IMG/VR virus record: IMGVR_UViG_3300008262_000001
Reading direction: 5' to 3' (one strand)
Length of the DNA: 64,000 nucleotides
DNA from: a virus
Lineage: Duplodnaviria > Caudoviricetes
Every line of letters starts with the position of its first letter. The first letter of the stretch is position 1. Position numbers and translations under genes: made by a program. This document shows positions 18,600-28,274 of this stretch, piece after piece. The notes below the pieces were generated by a model. That model saw only the letters and a list, made by a program, of their open reading frames with translations. It did not search any database and was not told the origin of the DNA.

Positions 18600-19066
18600 C
18601 TTATCGATTCATGAATTATTGGTCCTTTAAAGCTTCTTTCTAAAACCCTTTTCCCAAATATAAAGGAAAAATTGTAATCAGATATAATTTGACTTTGGAC
18701 TGTTTCTAAAACATTCGAGCTAGTTAATGTGAGTTGCGTTGTTGCTTTTGTCCTTATTAAAGTGACTTTATACTTTCTCCTTTTTATGGGCTCTTTGAAA
18801 TGGCCAAAATCAACTATTAATCCGCACTGTCTTATCTCCCAATTCAAAACCATAGACTCAGAATTTTTAGTGAGGTAGAGAAGTATCTCTGTCCGATCTA
18901 GTGGTAAAGAAATTAAAAAAATATCGAATCTGTTCTTTCTAAAAATCCATGGGAAAAATCCATATAGGGGAGTAAAGAAAAGGTAATGGACTTTCTTTTT
19001 ATAATTAAAAGAAAAATGGCCAAGTGCCCACAACAGATTTGATATTTTCAGAAATAAGCTTTTCAC
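18596..19066 (-). CDS. Hypothetical protein
   Basis: 156 aa, GTG start, coupled to the next gene. Confidence 0.55.
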   Translation of the reverse strand: MKSLFLKISNLLWALGHFSFNYKKKVHYLFFTPLYGFFPWIFRKNRFDIFLISLPLDRTEILLYLTKNSESMVLNWEIRQCGLIVDFGHFKEPIKRRKYKVTLIRTKATTQLTLTSSNVLETVQSQIISDYNFSFIFGKRVLERSFKGPIIHESIR

Positions 19067-19076
19067 ACATTATCTA

Positions 19077-19229
19077 TCAAAGTGTAAATTTATTTCCTCC
19101 TAATTTCTCTTCTAATTCAGAGAGGCTAAATTTTTTGTAAGCTTCAAAAAGAAGCTCTAATTTCATTTTTTCTTCAAGAGTTAGTACTTCAAGTTCTTCA
19201 ATTTCTGCTGATCTAAATAAATTTTTCAT
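19077..19229 (-). CDS. Small hypothetical protein (MKNLFRSAEIEE...)
   Basis: Internal ATG at 19229 chosen to avoid overlap with the divergent gene. Confidence 0.5.
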   Translation of the reverse strand: MKNLFRSAEIEELEVLTLEEKMKLELLFEAYKKFSLSELEEKLGGNKFTL

Positions 19230-19286
19230 ATGGGTTGTTTTATGTTGTATGTGTCTTAAAGAGTGTTGTTTCGGAACAAAACAATA

Positions 19287-19598
19287 ATGGGCAATAAAAT
19301 ACACATGACAGTAATTAAAAATAAAGTAAATCCAGAAAATCTTGAAGATTGGTTCACAACGAATAGAGCAAAGGTGTATGAAAGATCAGTTGAAACAGCT
19401 TCATTATTAGTAAGTAATTTACATTTAGAGCAAGAAATACTGTTTGAATTCTATTGGAATGATGATGTGTATGCAAAAATATACATGAACAAAAAAGACG
19501 TCAAAACTGCCATGGAAAAGGCTTTAAATTTCTTTGTTGAGCAGGAAATGTATGAAAAAGCCCAAGCATGTAAGGATATTAAGGACCTTGCAGTTTAA
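19287..19598 (+). CDS. Hypothetical protein with UVR-like C-terminal hairpin
   Basis: ALNFFVEQEMYEKAQACKD resembles the UvrB/C A..EdYE.Aa.irD motif. Confidence 0.6.
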   Translation: MGNKIHMTVIKNKVNPENLEDWFTTNRAKVYERSVETASLLVSNLHLEQEILFEFYWNDDVYAKIYMNKKDVKTAMEKALNFFVEQEMYEKAQACKDIKDLAV

Positions 19599-19688
19599 GA
19601 AAAATCTACAAAACATCTGTAGAAAAAATCAGAAAATATTATTTTGTTTAACCTTTAGTTGTTAGATTAGCGCAGCAACAAATAACAA

Positions 19689-19922
19689 ATGACAACAAAA
19701 CTCAATGTTATGAACACAAAAAGTGAAAGTATTGATCGAGCATTTATCGACATTAAGGATGAGAAAGAATTCAAGCTTTGGTTAAAATTCATAGCTTCAG
19801 TTTACAAGAACGGTGGAGATATCAAAAAACCTGTTGATATTCTTTGGAAAAGCTTAGAAGGGGAATTAAGCTCCATTAATTCTAAAAACAAAATCCGCAG
19901 AAAAAAAGGAATTGCTGCTTAG
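19689..19922 (+). CDS. Hypothetical protein
   Basis: 77-aa ORF with basic C-terminus. Confidence 0.6.
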   Translation: MTTKLNVMNTKSESIDRAFIDIKDEKEFKLWLKFIASVYKNGGDIKKPVDILWKSLEGELSSINSKNKIRRKKGIAA

Positions 19923-20014
19923 AAGATTTCTTCTAAATAAGCATACATAGACATTATTGCGGAGATCCAAATAATTAGAACAATCCACTGCCAGTTGTTT
20001 CTGATGTACTTCAT
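19919..20014 (-). CDS. 31-aa single-TM microprotein (MKYIRNNWQWIVLIIWISAIMSMYAYLEEIF)
   Basis: Hand translation; fills the gap below the ORF-track cutoff. Confidence 0.55.
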   Translation of the reverse strand: MKYIRNNWQWIVLIIWISAIMSMYAYLEEIF

Positions 20015-20025
20015 AGTGATAGGTT

Positions 20026-20553
20026 TTATATTTTTACAGTTTTAGTTTTAATCTCTGATAAATCTACATTGATTTTATCTCCTTGCACAATAAAGGAAAT
20101 ATTTTCCAATGTATTTTTTAGTCCCACCAGTGCAACGTTTTCTCTTTTTTCACTATCTCTCTTAAATCTCCTTAGTAATGTTCCAAAGACATTTTCCTCA
20201 GTGTAAACTATAGGTGTCTTTATTTTTGAGGTTTTGTTCAAATTATCCATAATGAAATCTCTGTCATCAAAAGTTTTTCCTGGAGCAATATAAAAAACAT
20301 AAGGTGTTGTAACAGAAGAAAACACCTTATCCCTTTCTCCTTTGAAATCGAAAGGTTCAACAACTAAAGTATTTCGTAATTCACTGCTAACTTGTTGGGC
20401 ATATTGAATTGACCCATCTTTAGAACCGAAGTCAGCAACTAAAACCCTTGTACCTCTTATTCTTGTTTGAAATACCAGACTCTCAATAGTTGATTTGAGT
20501 TTTAACAATGAGTCACTACAAGGAATAATTATAGTGACTAAATTCTTGATCAA
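20026..20553 (-). CDS. Glycosyltransferase family 2-like protein
   Basis: LVTIIIPC...TIESL..Q...VLVADFGSKDGS GT-A N-terminus. Confidence 0.7.
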   Translation of the reverse strand: MIKNLVTIIIPCSDSLLKLKSTIESLVFQTRIRGTRVLVADFGSKDGSIQYAQQVSSELRNTLVVEPFDFKGERDKVFSSVTTPYVFYIAPGKTFDDRDFIMDNLNKTSKIKTPIVYTEENVFGTLLRRFKRDSEKRENVALVGLKNTLENISFIVQGDKINVDLSEIKTKTVKI

Positions 20554-20560
20554 AATTTAC

Positions 20561-20881
20561 TTATCTTAAAAAAATTTGGTGAATACTTATTGCAACCACC
20601 CAAACAAAGATTATTCTAAATAATCTATTCATACTTGGGTCTATTATTTCGTTATAAAAATCCTTGATGTTTTGATCCCTCTCACCTATCTTTATTCTGT
20701 TTCTTGTCATCATTAATACAAAACTCAATCCTAAAATTTGATAGTACTTAAAAGTGTTTAAATAAGGAATTTCATAAAAATAAACAATGGAATAAACACA
20801 AAAAGACTCCAAAACAGCAAGGGGAAGTGCCAATAAAGTGGCTAATACGATGGCTGAAGAAAGTCTTTTTAAAAAATCCAT
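20561..20881 (-). CDS. Membrane protein
   Basis: Three hydrophobic segments; AAATATATAG at 20885-20894. Confidence 0.7.
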   Translation of the reverse strand: MDFLKRLSSAIVLATLLALPLAVLESFCVYSIVYFYEIPYLNTFKYYQILGLSFVLMMTRNRIKIGERDQNIKDFYNEIIDPSMNRLFRIIFVWVVAISIHQIFLR

Positions 20882-20892
20882 AATCTATATAT

Positions 20893-21348
20893 TTATATTG
20901 TGTGTGGAATGTCTATTCTTCTGCAGTTCTGGATTTGTGCTTCATTCATCAAAAAATTATTAATGTAACCCATAATATTAGCTGCTCCTATTGGGTTAGC
21001 AGAATGAACCAAAATTAAGGGAAAAACTATAGGAGTTTGTTTTTTGTGCTTTCTTTCCAAATCATCCCTCTCTGGATTCTCAAGATAAAATTTATCAACT
21101 AACCACTTAGCACAATCATAACCAGTCTTTTCTGAAATATTTCCATAGTCCAAAACGTAGTTTTTAGATACGTTTCTAAAGTATTCCTGCATAGCAGTAT
21201 CACCCAGGTCATGATCCAACGATATAGTGTTTATTTTAGCAAACCCTATTTCATCAACTTTTTTTACAAATTCGTCGTAGTTCCTACAAACAATCCAAGT
21301 TTGATCAACAGGGGTTCTTAAGTCGTCTAAGTAGATTTTAACCATCAT
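20893..21348 (-). CDS. Cyclic-phosphate-processing receiver (cREC)-type domain protein
   Basis: IYLDDLRTP, ISLDHDLG, TGYDCAKWL, VHSANP.G motifs. Confidence 0.75.
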   Translation of the reverse strand: MMVKIYLDDLRTPVDQTWIVCRNYDEFVKKVDEIGFAKINTISLDHDLGDTAMQEYFRNVSKNYVLDYGNISEKTGYDCAKWLVDKFYLENPERDDLERKHKKQTPIVFPLILVHSANPIGAANIMGYINNFLMNEAQIQNCRRIDIPHTI

Positions 21349-21797
21349 CTTGTGTTTAGTGTTTTAATTAACCAGGTTTTACATTCTGCTCCTAATCTTA
21401 TAGCTGCTTTCTCCGCACTTATTTCATACGGGTGGTTACTAAGATTTCTTTTGTAAACCCTTAAATAAACATCATACATAATAAGTATGTTCTGCTGATA
21501 GTGCTTCCATTCATGTATCATAGTCCTGCAGATATCAATTAGAGATCTATGATTTTTAAGATAGACTACGATTTCATTTCTGACTTCATCATAGTGACCC
21601 CTATATTTTTTACTTCTCTCGTTCAGAATCTTTAATTTTGGAAACCCTAGTTGATATCTGGACCCACCTAATCTGTAAGAGCACCAAACAAAAGCTAATT
21701 TAGCAACTTCTTTCTGGAAGGTTGGGTTTTTGTGATTTGCAGCATCACTAGGAAGTTTAAGATAAGTTTTTCTTCGCAGGTAAGAATCTATGTTCAT
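21345..21797 (-). CDS. HExxH zinc metallopeptidase-like protein
   Basis: MIHEWKHYQQ followed by HPYEISAE. Confidence 0.65.
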   Translation of the reverse strand: MNIDSYLRRKTYLKLPSDAANHKNPTFQKEVAKLAFVWCSYRLGGSRYQLGFPKLKILNERSKKYRGHYDEVRNEIVVYLKNHRSLIDICRTMIHEWKHYQQNILIMYDVYLRVYKRNLSNHPYEISAEKAAIRLGAECKTWLIKTLNTR

Positions 21798-21986
21798 TCG
21801 GTCAAGGTTGTGCCTAGGCCCAAAGGCTTAAGCAAGGTTAAAAAGGTTAGTGTGAATCTTTCCCCTCTGATCTTTAGCACAACTAAATTAATCAATCAAT
21901 CCGCTGATCAGACAGGAGAAAAAGACAAGATTTGAACAGCTGGATGTTCAAATCGGAGTGTAATAAGGTTAGATTAAACTACAGTA
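21798..21986 (-). ncRNA. Candidate structured RNA / terminator plus leader
   Basis: 190-nt ORF-free gap; perfect 10-bp hairpin 21929-21954, a long imperfect stem about 21858-21924, a third hairpin before the ATG. Confidence 0.4.
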
Positions 21987-22211
21987 TTAATTTTCAGCAA
22001 TACACTTGACCCTAGTTCTGCTATTTGCATCAAGATGATACTGATACCAAACCATGGCCTTGTCCTTTTCATAAAATGTAGCACCCCACTCTGAATGTTC
22101 TTCAAAATATTCAGACCAGAAAAGGCCTAAAATTTTTTTCTCGACCCTCCAAAAAGGTTTTCCGTTGTTGATTAACTTGTCTTTTATCTCCAGAACTCTG
22201 TACTTAGCCAT
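21987..22211 (-). CDS. Hypothetical protein
   Basis: 74-aa ORF in the thyA operon. Confidence 0.65.
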   Translation of the reverse strand: MAKYRVLEIKDKLINNGKPFWRVEKKILGLFWSEYFEEHSEWGATFYEKDKAMVWYQYHLDANSRTRVKCIAEN

Positions 22212-22215
22212 GTTG

Positions 22216-22452
22216 TTAATTTGTGAGTGGTGAAACTATTGCTGGATGTGATTGTAGCTTACAAATTACTTCGTTCCATTGATCCGATTGTATATTCATT
22301 GCTTCATCTGTATGGCCTTTGTCTGCAAAATCTTTGAGCAGTTGAGCTAATTCGATTGCACACAGAATGTTATCTCTCTTTGATAATTTTCCGGTGTAAG
22401 GGTTAGTGTCAGATGAAAGAATTACCAGATTTACTAATTTTCTAGTTGTCAT
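22216..22452 (-). CDS. Hypothetical protein
   Basis: 78-aa ORF in the thyA operon. Confidence 0.6.
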   Translation of the reverse strand: MTTRKLVNLVILSSDTNPYTGKLSKRDNILCAIELAQLLKDFADKGHTDEAMNIQSDQWNEVICKLQSHPAIVSPLTN

Positions 22453-22456
22453 AAAT

Positions 22457-23527
22457 TTAATTAGATAGTGGTGCTTTGATTGTTGGGTGAGATTGATAAT
22501 TATCTATTTGAAAATCTTTATAGGACCATTTACTTATGTCTTCCATAATAGAGTTACTATCTGACCTTAAATCGTTAATTTGCAGTTTAGGTAATGGGTA
22601 AGGTTCTCTACCAATTTGTTCTTTAGCCTGTTCAATATGATTTAAATACAAGTGAGTGTCCCCCAAATTACCAATCAATTCATCTGGAACCATATTAACT
22701 TCTTTAGCAATTATTTCAAGTAGTAGTCCGTATGATGCTATGTTGAATGGTAAACCTAAGAATGTATCTACTGAACGTTGATTCCACATTAAAGAGATTG
22801 CTCGTTTAGGATATCCATTATCGTCTAACCATTTATCATATGAATCTATTCTGTCAATACTATCAACCTTAAATAAATTCAATCTTTCTTCCAAACTCAA
22901 CTCTCTTGTATAAACTTGAAATCCATAATGACAAGGAGGAAGTACCATCCTGTCTAATTCGCTTACATTCCAAGCTGAAACCATTAATCGTCTACTGTCT
23001 GGGTTTGTTTTCAGTTCGTTGATTAGGTTTGCGATTTGGTCTATTTGTTTTGTATAAACACCAGGGTCTACTATTTTCTCATCACGAGTTGCATTTCGAC
23101 GCCATTTCCTCCACTGTGCTCCATATATTGGTCCTAATTCACCCCACTTTTTAGCAAACCCATCATCCGTTTTTATTTTGTTGATGAATTCTTCTTGTGT
23201 TATAATAGCGTTACCATCAATATATTCAATATTCGGTTCCCAATACTTGACATATGACTTATACGCATCACCATCCCAAATATGACAATTGTTATCAACC
23301 AAATACTTAATGTTAGTATCACCCCTTAAAAACCACAACAGCTCGGTCACCATTGTCTTCCACGCCATCTTCTTTGTTGTAAGAAGTGGGAATCCATTTT
23401 TCATATTATGACGGATGGTATAACCAAAAATTGATTTGGTTCCAGTACCAGTCCTGTCTTTCTTTTCAACACCATAATCCAAAATTGTTTGGAGTAGGTC
23501 TTGGTATTGCTTATCTAGAGAATTCAT
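22457..23527 (-). CDS. thyA: Thymidylate synthase
   Basis: DRTGTGT, ELLWFL.G, LGPIYGAQWR, SRR, LPPCH (catalytic Cys), QRSVD..GLPFN. Confidence 0.97.
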   Translation of the reverse strand: MNSLDKQYQDLLQTILDYGVEKKDRTGTGTKSIFGYTIRHNMKNGFPLLTTKKMAWKTMVTELLWFLRGDTNIKYLVDNNCHIWDGDAYKSYVKYWEPNIEYIDGNAIITQEEFINKIKTDDGFAKKWGELGPIYGAQWRKWRRNATRDEKIVDPGVYTKQIDQIANLINELKTNPDSRRLMVSAWNVSELDRMVLPPCHYGFQVYTRELSLEERLNLFKVDSIDRIDSYDKWLDDNGYPKRAISLMWNQRSVDTFLGLPFNIASYGLLLEIIAKEVNMVPDELIGNLGDTHLYLNHIEQAKEQIGREPYPLPKLQINDLRSDSNSIMEDISKWSYKDFQIDNYQSHPTIKAPLSN

Positions 23528-23533
23528 TTAATC

Positions 23534-23782
23534 TTATGTGTTTGTAATAAAAGCATCTATCTTACTTCTTTCTTGTTTCATCGAATCTGGATAACTTGTG
23601 TAATTAATAACTTGTCCCGAGCCGTCAACAATACTAAGCTCTCCGTCTAAAAAATAGAGAATTTCAGCTTTGGTTAAGCATCCTAATACATTTTTATCTG
23701 TTCCTCTAAGCACAAAATTTTCATTCGACTTTTCTAAAACCAATACTGGTCCTTCACTATTCAAAAGTTCCATAGATTTCAT
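23534..23782 (-). CDS. Hypothetical protein
   Basis: 82-aa ORF. Confidence 0.6.
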   Translation of the reverse strand: MKSMELLNSEGPVLVLEKSNENFVLRGTDKNVLGCLTKAEILYFLDGELSIVDGSGQVINYTSYPDSMKQERSKIDAFITNT

Positions 23783-23785
23783 CTC

Positions 23786-23914
23786 TTAACTTTTTGGTCC
23801 GTAGCCTCTGTTTTTTGATTCAATTAAACCTTTATTTACAATTTCTAAAAAATTGTCCAGCTTTTTCCATAGCCTTCGAATGTAATTCTTGAGGCAAATG
23901 AAACTATTTTTCAT
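23786..23914 (-). CDS. Small hypothetical protein (MKNSFICLKNY...)
   Basis: Internal ATG overlapping the stop of the upstream gene. Confidence 0.45.
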   Translation of the reverse strand: MKNSFICLKNYIRRLWKKLDNFLEIVNKGLIESKNRGYGPKS

Positions 23915-24086
23915 ACTCTTCATAAGTGTATTCTCTGTTTGGTTCTTCATCGTTCCATGAGAGGGATTGAATGATACCTGCAGCAACCTTTTCTGTACAA
24001 AAAATGTGTGCAAAAGATTCGTGTCTTGTTATCTGACCAGTATCTGGATCTGTATCCTTCAAAATCAGCCTAAATTTTTTTTCCAT
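23904..24086 (-). CDS. Hypothetical protein
   Basis: 60-aa ORF at the head of the operon. Confidence 0.6.
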   Translation of the reverse strand: MEKKFRLILKDTDPDTGQITRHESFAHIFCTEKVAAGIIQSLSWNDEEPNREYTYEEYEK

Positions 24087-24218
24087 TAAGAATTCGTAAT
24101 AAAGATAAACAAACTATTTTAGCTTTCTGACGTTGTTAATAAGTTGATAAATCGTTACTTTTAAACAACAAAGCTTAAGTGTGATTAATTATATCTACTG
24201 GACTAGATTTGTTCCGGT

Positions 24219-24800
24219 CTATAGAGATCCGATAGTTGAAAGGATTCTGTCTAACTCAGATTTTAGCTCAGTCTGGTTTGGAGAAGATTCTAAGATGTTA
24301 TCTGCTAAGATTGCAAGTAAAGAAACAAGTTGATCAAATTCTTTATAGTACTTCATGTTAGCATCCCTTTTGTTCAAGGAAACAAGATCGACTGTGATTT
24401 CATTTAAAAAATCTAAAGCAGTTTGGATATTTCCTCTGTACTTAAATTCCCCGTCCTCATCATTCACGCTTGTTTCCATGAAGTCCTCAATTGAGTCACA
24501 AGCGACTTGTAATTCATTTTGTGTATTTGCTGATGAACTTGATTTAGATTTTATATCCTTTACATCTTCCACACTTAATTTGGTTACTAGATCTTTTGGA
24601 ACTTTAAAATTATTGCCAGAAGAATCCAAAGGATTTAGAACCCAAAATTCTGGTGTTTCATCTATAATTTGTCCTTTGCCTCTGTAAGTGTCAACATAAC
24701 TGCCAATTTCTATCCCCTCAGTCTCATCATGAATATAATCGCCAGGATCACTTAGGAATTTATCAAGATCAAAGTTTTCAAAAATTATTAGATGCTTCAT
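24219..24800 (-). CDS. Hypothetical protein with MKHLIIFENF tag
   Basis: Start moved to ATG 24800, after GAATATATAAG (24814-24824). Confidence 0.75.
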   Translation of the reverse strand: MKHLIIFENFDLDKFLSDPGDYIHDETEGIEIGSYVDTYRGKGQIIDETPEFWVLNPLDSSGNNFKVPKDLVTKLSVEDVKDIKSKSSSSANTQNELQVACDSIEDFMETSVNDEDGEFKYRGNIQTALDFLNEITVDLVSLNKRDANMKYYKEFDQLVSLLAILADNILESSPNQTELKSELDRILSTIGSL

Positions 24801-24833
24801 GTAGATTTTATTGCTTATATATTCAGACAAACC

Positions 24834-25898
24834 CTATAAAGAATCTAATGTTATCGTGCTTACTAAATTCTCAGCATCTTTGTGTTGGATGAGGTCCCAA
24901 ACTTTCTCTGGTGATGCTTTTTTATCTTGTGTCATTTCTAGGGCTTTTCCTGTCCAGTCTGATTTTACCGCCATGTTTAAAGCTTGCATTTTCAAAGTTG
25001 CATCTTTATTTTCCATGGCTAAACATTCTGTTACTATTGAAGTAGCCTGGTTCAGCAGATGTTTACAGCAATCTTTATATTGTGTGCTAACTGGTATATC
25101 ATGAAAGGTAAAAATATCCTCGAAGTAATTAGAAGAGACACTATATCTTAAATCAACTAAAATCGCATTACTGATGCTTTCTATAGCTTTATTTTTGTTT
25201 GCTAATACTTCATGTGAGTGATTAGCTTCTGTGTTAGCTATTAAGTCAGAATGGATTTCTATAAGGGTGTTTAATGCTTGTAGCTCCTTCGCTCCTTCGA
25301 CTCCCTCAATAGTTAATCTTACATGATCATCGTTCAAAAGTCTTGAATAATTTGTGACTGGTAAATTGATTCCAAATGCCTTAGGTAAAAACTTTATCAG
25401 TAATTCTAAAACTTGTGATGGGTGAACTGTAGGAGTGTTCAACCAAAGATTGTTCGCAATTTGAGTAACAGGAGTAATTGAATTATAGCTTAAAAAGAAT
25501 TCACCGTCTATTTTAAATTCACCAAGATATTCCAATCCTGTAACTATATCAACACCTCCTCGAACAAGAATATCACCATCAGAAAAATCGTTTGGTAAAT
25601 TGAACCTTCCCTTAGAATCAGAAACGGTTTGATTGGTGGTGCCATCAGGATATAAAAAAGTTACAGTTGAACCAGAGAGGGGAGCATCTGAAATCACACC
25701 TGCAGCAGAACCAAATCCTCCAAGGGTTGACATAGAATAATCGCCGGTATCGTTGTCACCTTCTTCGTATGAAAAGGGAATCTTCCTATCTTTTTGTGAT
25801 TCGAATAGTGACCTTTCTCTTTTCCAGATTTCAAATTTAAACCTAAGTTGATCCTCTGATAAACCTGGGTGTTTTGATCTGAAATCGCTAATTTTCAT
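24834..25898 (-). CDS. Hypothetical protein with a carboxypeptidase-regulatory-like/large-adhesin-type beta domain
   Basis: GVISDAPLSGSTVTF..TVSDSKGRF..GGVDIVTG..ITPVT resembles a domain of large secreted proteins; GATATATAAG at 25904-25913. Confidence 0.6.
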   Translation of the reverse strand: MKISDFRSKHPGLSEDQLRFKFEIWKRERSLFESQKDRKIPFSYEEGDNDTGDYSMSTLGGFGSAAGVISDAPLSGSTVTFLYPDGTTNQTVSDSKGRFNLPNDFSDGDILVRGGVDIVTGLEYLGEFKIDGEFFLSYNSITPVTQIANNLWLNTPTVHPSQVLELLIKFLPKAFGINLPVTNYSRLLNDDHVRLTIEGVEGAKELQALNTLIEIHSDLIANTEANHSHEVLANKNKAIESISNAILVDLRYSVSSNYFEDIFTFHDIPVSTQYKDCCKHLLNQATSIVTECLAMENKDATLKMQALNMAVKSDWTGKALEMTQDKKASPEKVWDLIQHKDAENLVSTITLDSL

Positions 25899-25923
25899 AT
25901 TAGCTTATATATCTTGAATAGGT

Positions 25924-26910
25924 CTACTTGTTAAACCCCAAATTACCACCCTTTTTGATTGATGGTGACTTTTTCATTTCTTTTAAACTACTGATAGCAT
26001 CTTCGAAATCCTTTCCCATAACTACAACACTTATGATGAGTTCTTTTAAATGTGAGAGGGACATGTTGTCAGTTTCTTCTACCCATTTATCAACATCGAT
26101 ATTGGAGATATCTTGTTCAGACAATTTGTTTGTAATGTAAGATTTCCTAATTTCAGAAGAAGGCATTTCCACCTTGTACCTTCTATCAAATCTCGATGGA
26201 CGATTTGTAATTCTTTCTTGTAGTTTTTCTGGGTAGTTAGTTGTTGCAATATAGACTACATTTTCTATTTGCTTAACACCATCTAAAATATTTAGAAGCT
26301 TGGTTGTGGAATAACGATCTTCACTTGCTAAAGAATCTATATCTTCTAAAATAACAATGAGAGGTCTTTCTGGTTCTATTTTCCTGAGGGTTGGAATAAA
26401 ATCTATAAAATTTTTAAAATCTTCCTCTTCTTTAATATTTACGACTATTCCTTTTTCTTTTTCAATTAATTTTTTTATACACAATTGGATAATTCCAGAT
26501 TTTCCACATCCCGGATCTCCCCAAAGTAAAATGCCTCTTTTATGTACAAAATTATATTCTTTGTAAACTGACTTTTTATCCCAAAAAAGCTGTATGTCAC
26601 TCAATATACTAGAGATCTCAGGGGAAGGAAGCTCATAAAGTTCATCAATATTTAGCTTCTGCTTAACCATAATATGAGACTGTATGTTCGAACTCCAAGA
26701 TATTTCGTAAAGTCCAGCCGGAATTTGTGGAACGGAAACATAAGAAGGTGCAAAAGTATCATTCTGTAAAATGGACCATCTTGTGGGCGATTGTGTGTCA
26801 ATATCGTCAACTTCCTCGCTAAATGGATCTATGAAAGGTGTCATTTCTATTTTCTCTCTCATCTTTTTTAGAAAATTATTCGTATCTCTTTGTATCTTTT
26901 TATTTTTCAT
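25924..26910 (-). CDS. AAA+ ATPase (classical AAA clade)
   Basis: Walker A GDPGCGKS, Walker B ILEDID, TTN sensor, RPSRFD SRH. Confidence 0.92.
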   Translation of the reverse strand: MKNKKIQRDTNNFLKKMREKIEMTPFIDPFSEEVDDIDTQSPTRWSILQNDTFAPSYVSVPQIPAGLYEISWSSNIQSHIMVKQKLNIDELYELPSPEISSILSDIQLFWDKKSVYKEYNFVHKRGILLWGDPGCGKSGIIQLCIKKLIEKEKGIVVNIKEEEDFKNFIDFIPTLRKIEPERPLIVILEDIDSLASEDRYSTTKLLNILDGVKQIENVVYIATTNYPEKLQERITNRPSRFDRRYKVEMPSSEIRKSYITNKLSEQDISNIDVDKWVEETDNMSLSHLKELIISVVVMGKDFEDAISSLKEMKKSPSIKKGGNLGFNK

Positions 26911-27934
26911 TCAATAAAAATCTGTTACTTATCACTTTGAATGATATCTTTCTATCTAGACTTCTTATTACTACACCCTCTCTATCAAAATTTTTGTTCA
27001 AGCAAGATTTGTTATCGGAATATAAAAGAAGCTCATCGATTGTACCAGGAAGCTCGAAATTTGTTTCTAAAATGGGTACAGGGGTCAAACCTAATGATGA
27101 CATGAGAGAAGAGAAACTGGAAAAATCTAAATACCTCCCTTCATCGATATTATACACATTAAAAAAGAAAACAGTTTGACCTATAATTTTATAAGGATTA
27201 CTTTGCACGCCTTCCCCTACTAATTCTCCTTGCAAAGAAGCGTTGAATCCTAAGGATTTTAGTTTATTCTCCAAATCTAATGTTCTTGCTACTTTCCAAA
27301 AAGTATTGTCAGGAGTTTCTAAAAGTTCGAGATTTCTCGAACAAACACCAAATTCTCCGTCTTTGAAATAATATGTGGCAGAACTTCCGTCCAGTTTTTC
27401 TGTAACATAGTATTGACCTGAATTCTCTTTGAAAACAGAATATGATTCTGTCAAATTTTGTATACGCTCCTCGTCGGTTTTAGGAATAAAAGACGGAAAT
27501 AATCCCTTTGCAATTCCTGCTAGAGAAGCTGGAACAGGAGGTTCATATTTGATGATTCCTAAGCATTCTGAAACGTCCTGTCCTTCTTCCCAATTTGTAG
27601 TATCAAATTGATTTCTAATTGAGATCTGCTGAGCACTTTTTAGAGCAATAATTAATCCCTGGGAAATCTGTCCCCGGAGTTTAATTGTTTTCAGTCTAAA
27701 TCCCTCAGATCCGTCGCTCATTTTTTTGTAAGAGCTTTTTCTAAGAAATTCAAATTCTGGTTCTATAGGAAGAAAAGAATCAATTTCACAATAAACAACT
27801 TTGTCACCTTCCTGGTGATTTACATTTTTAGCAACAACAACACTCCATCCATTAACTATGGCCAATTCAATAGCGTCTGCCCCTTCAATTGGCAATATTT
27901 GTTTGATTGTTTGTACAGTAGCAAGTTTTCTCAT
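26900..27934 (-). CDS. ATP-dependent RNA ligase (Rnl2/DRB0094-like)
   Basis: MRKLAT..I..I.PIEGADAIE N-terminus; motif I TEKLDGSS; QGELVG; EGVV; FKVIS. Confidence 0.9.
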   Translation of the reverse strand: MRKLATVQTIKQILPIEGADAIELAIVNGWSVVVAKNVNHQEGDKVVYCEIDSFLPIEPEFEFLRKSSYKKMSDGSEGFRLKTIKLRGQISQGLIIALKSAQQISIRNQFDTTNWEEGQDVSECLGIIKYEPPVPASLAGIAKGLFPSFIPKTDEERIQNLTESYSVFKENSGQYYVTEKLDGSSATYYFKDGEFGVCSRNLELLETPDNTFWKVARTLDLENKLKSLGFNASLQGELVGEGVQSNPYKIIGQTVFFFNVYNIDEGRYLDFSSFSSLMSSLGLTPVPILETNFELPGTIDELLLYSDNKSCLNKNFDREGVVIRSLDRKISFKVISNRFLLNEK

Positions 27935-28218
27935 CTTTTTATTTTAATTATTGCTTGTTCGTAATCTTTTTGCCCGATATTATAAAAATCAACATCTACT
28001 GAAACACTGGACCATTTCGGATTGACCCCCGTCCAAATCTCTTGTGAGTCCCTGTATATTATTTTACAATTCTCGATTTTGTTTCCTAAAACTTGCCTAA
28101 TTTCCAATAAGGCATTTTCAATGTCATTGGTCAAAGACTTGTTCCCAAGATTTAAATCTATCAAACTAATCACATCATCTTTTAGTTTCCAGGTATAATC
28201 ACTTTTTCCTATCCTCAT
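27931..28218 (-). CDS. Conserved hypothetical protein
   Basis: SDYT..D...IDLNLGNKSLTNDIEN..IIYRDS..IWTG; coupled to the RNA ligase. Confidence 0.7.
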   Translation of the reverse strand: MRIGKSDYTWKLKDDVISLIDLNLGNKSLTNDIENALLEIRQVLGNKIENCKIIYRDSQEIWTGVNPKWSSVSVDVDFYNIGQKDYEQAIIKIKR

Positions 28219-28229
28219 AGTTTTTTTTA

Positions 28230-28249
28230 CAAAAATAGAAAACCAATTC
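28230..28249 (-). promoter_or_regulatory. Bacteroidota-type -7 box (TATTTTTG) preceded by GAA-N9
   Basis: Matches TAnnTTTG; same geometry at 38091-38110. Confidence 0.45.
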
Positions 28250-28274
28250 GAAATAAAAAAAGAATACTATCAAA

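Noticed and set aside
22457-23527. ThyA is longer than E. coli ThyA: intein, intron or dCMP hydroxymethylase?
   Set aside because: Insertions are short, lack Cys/His-Asn splice motifs and keep the frame; the GLPFN Asn indicates dUMP specificity.
24121-24176. Imperfect hairpin (AGCTTT..GTTGTT / AACAAC..AAAGCT) in the intergenic gap
   Set aside because: AT-rich with several bulges; plausible by chance or as a simple terminator.
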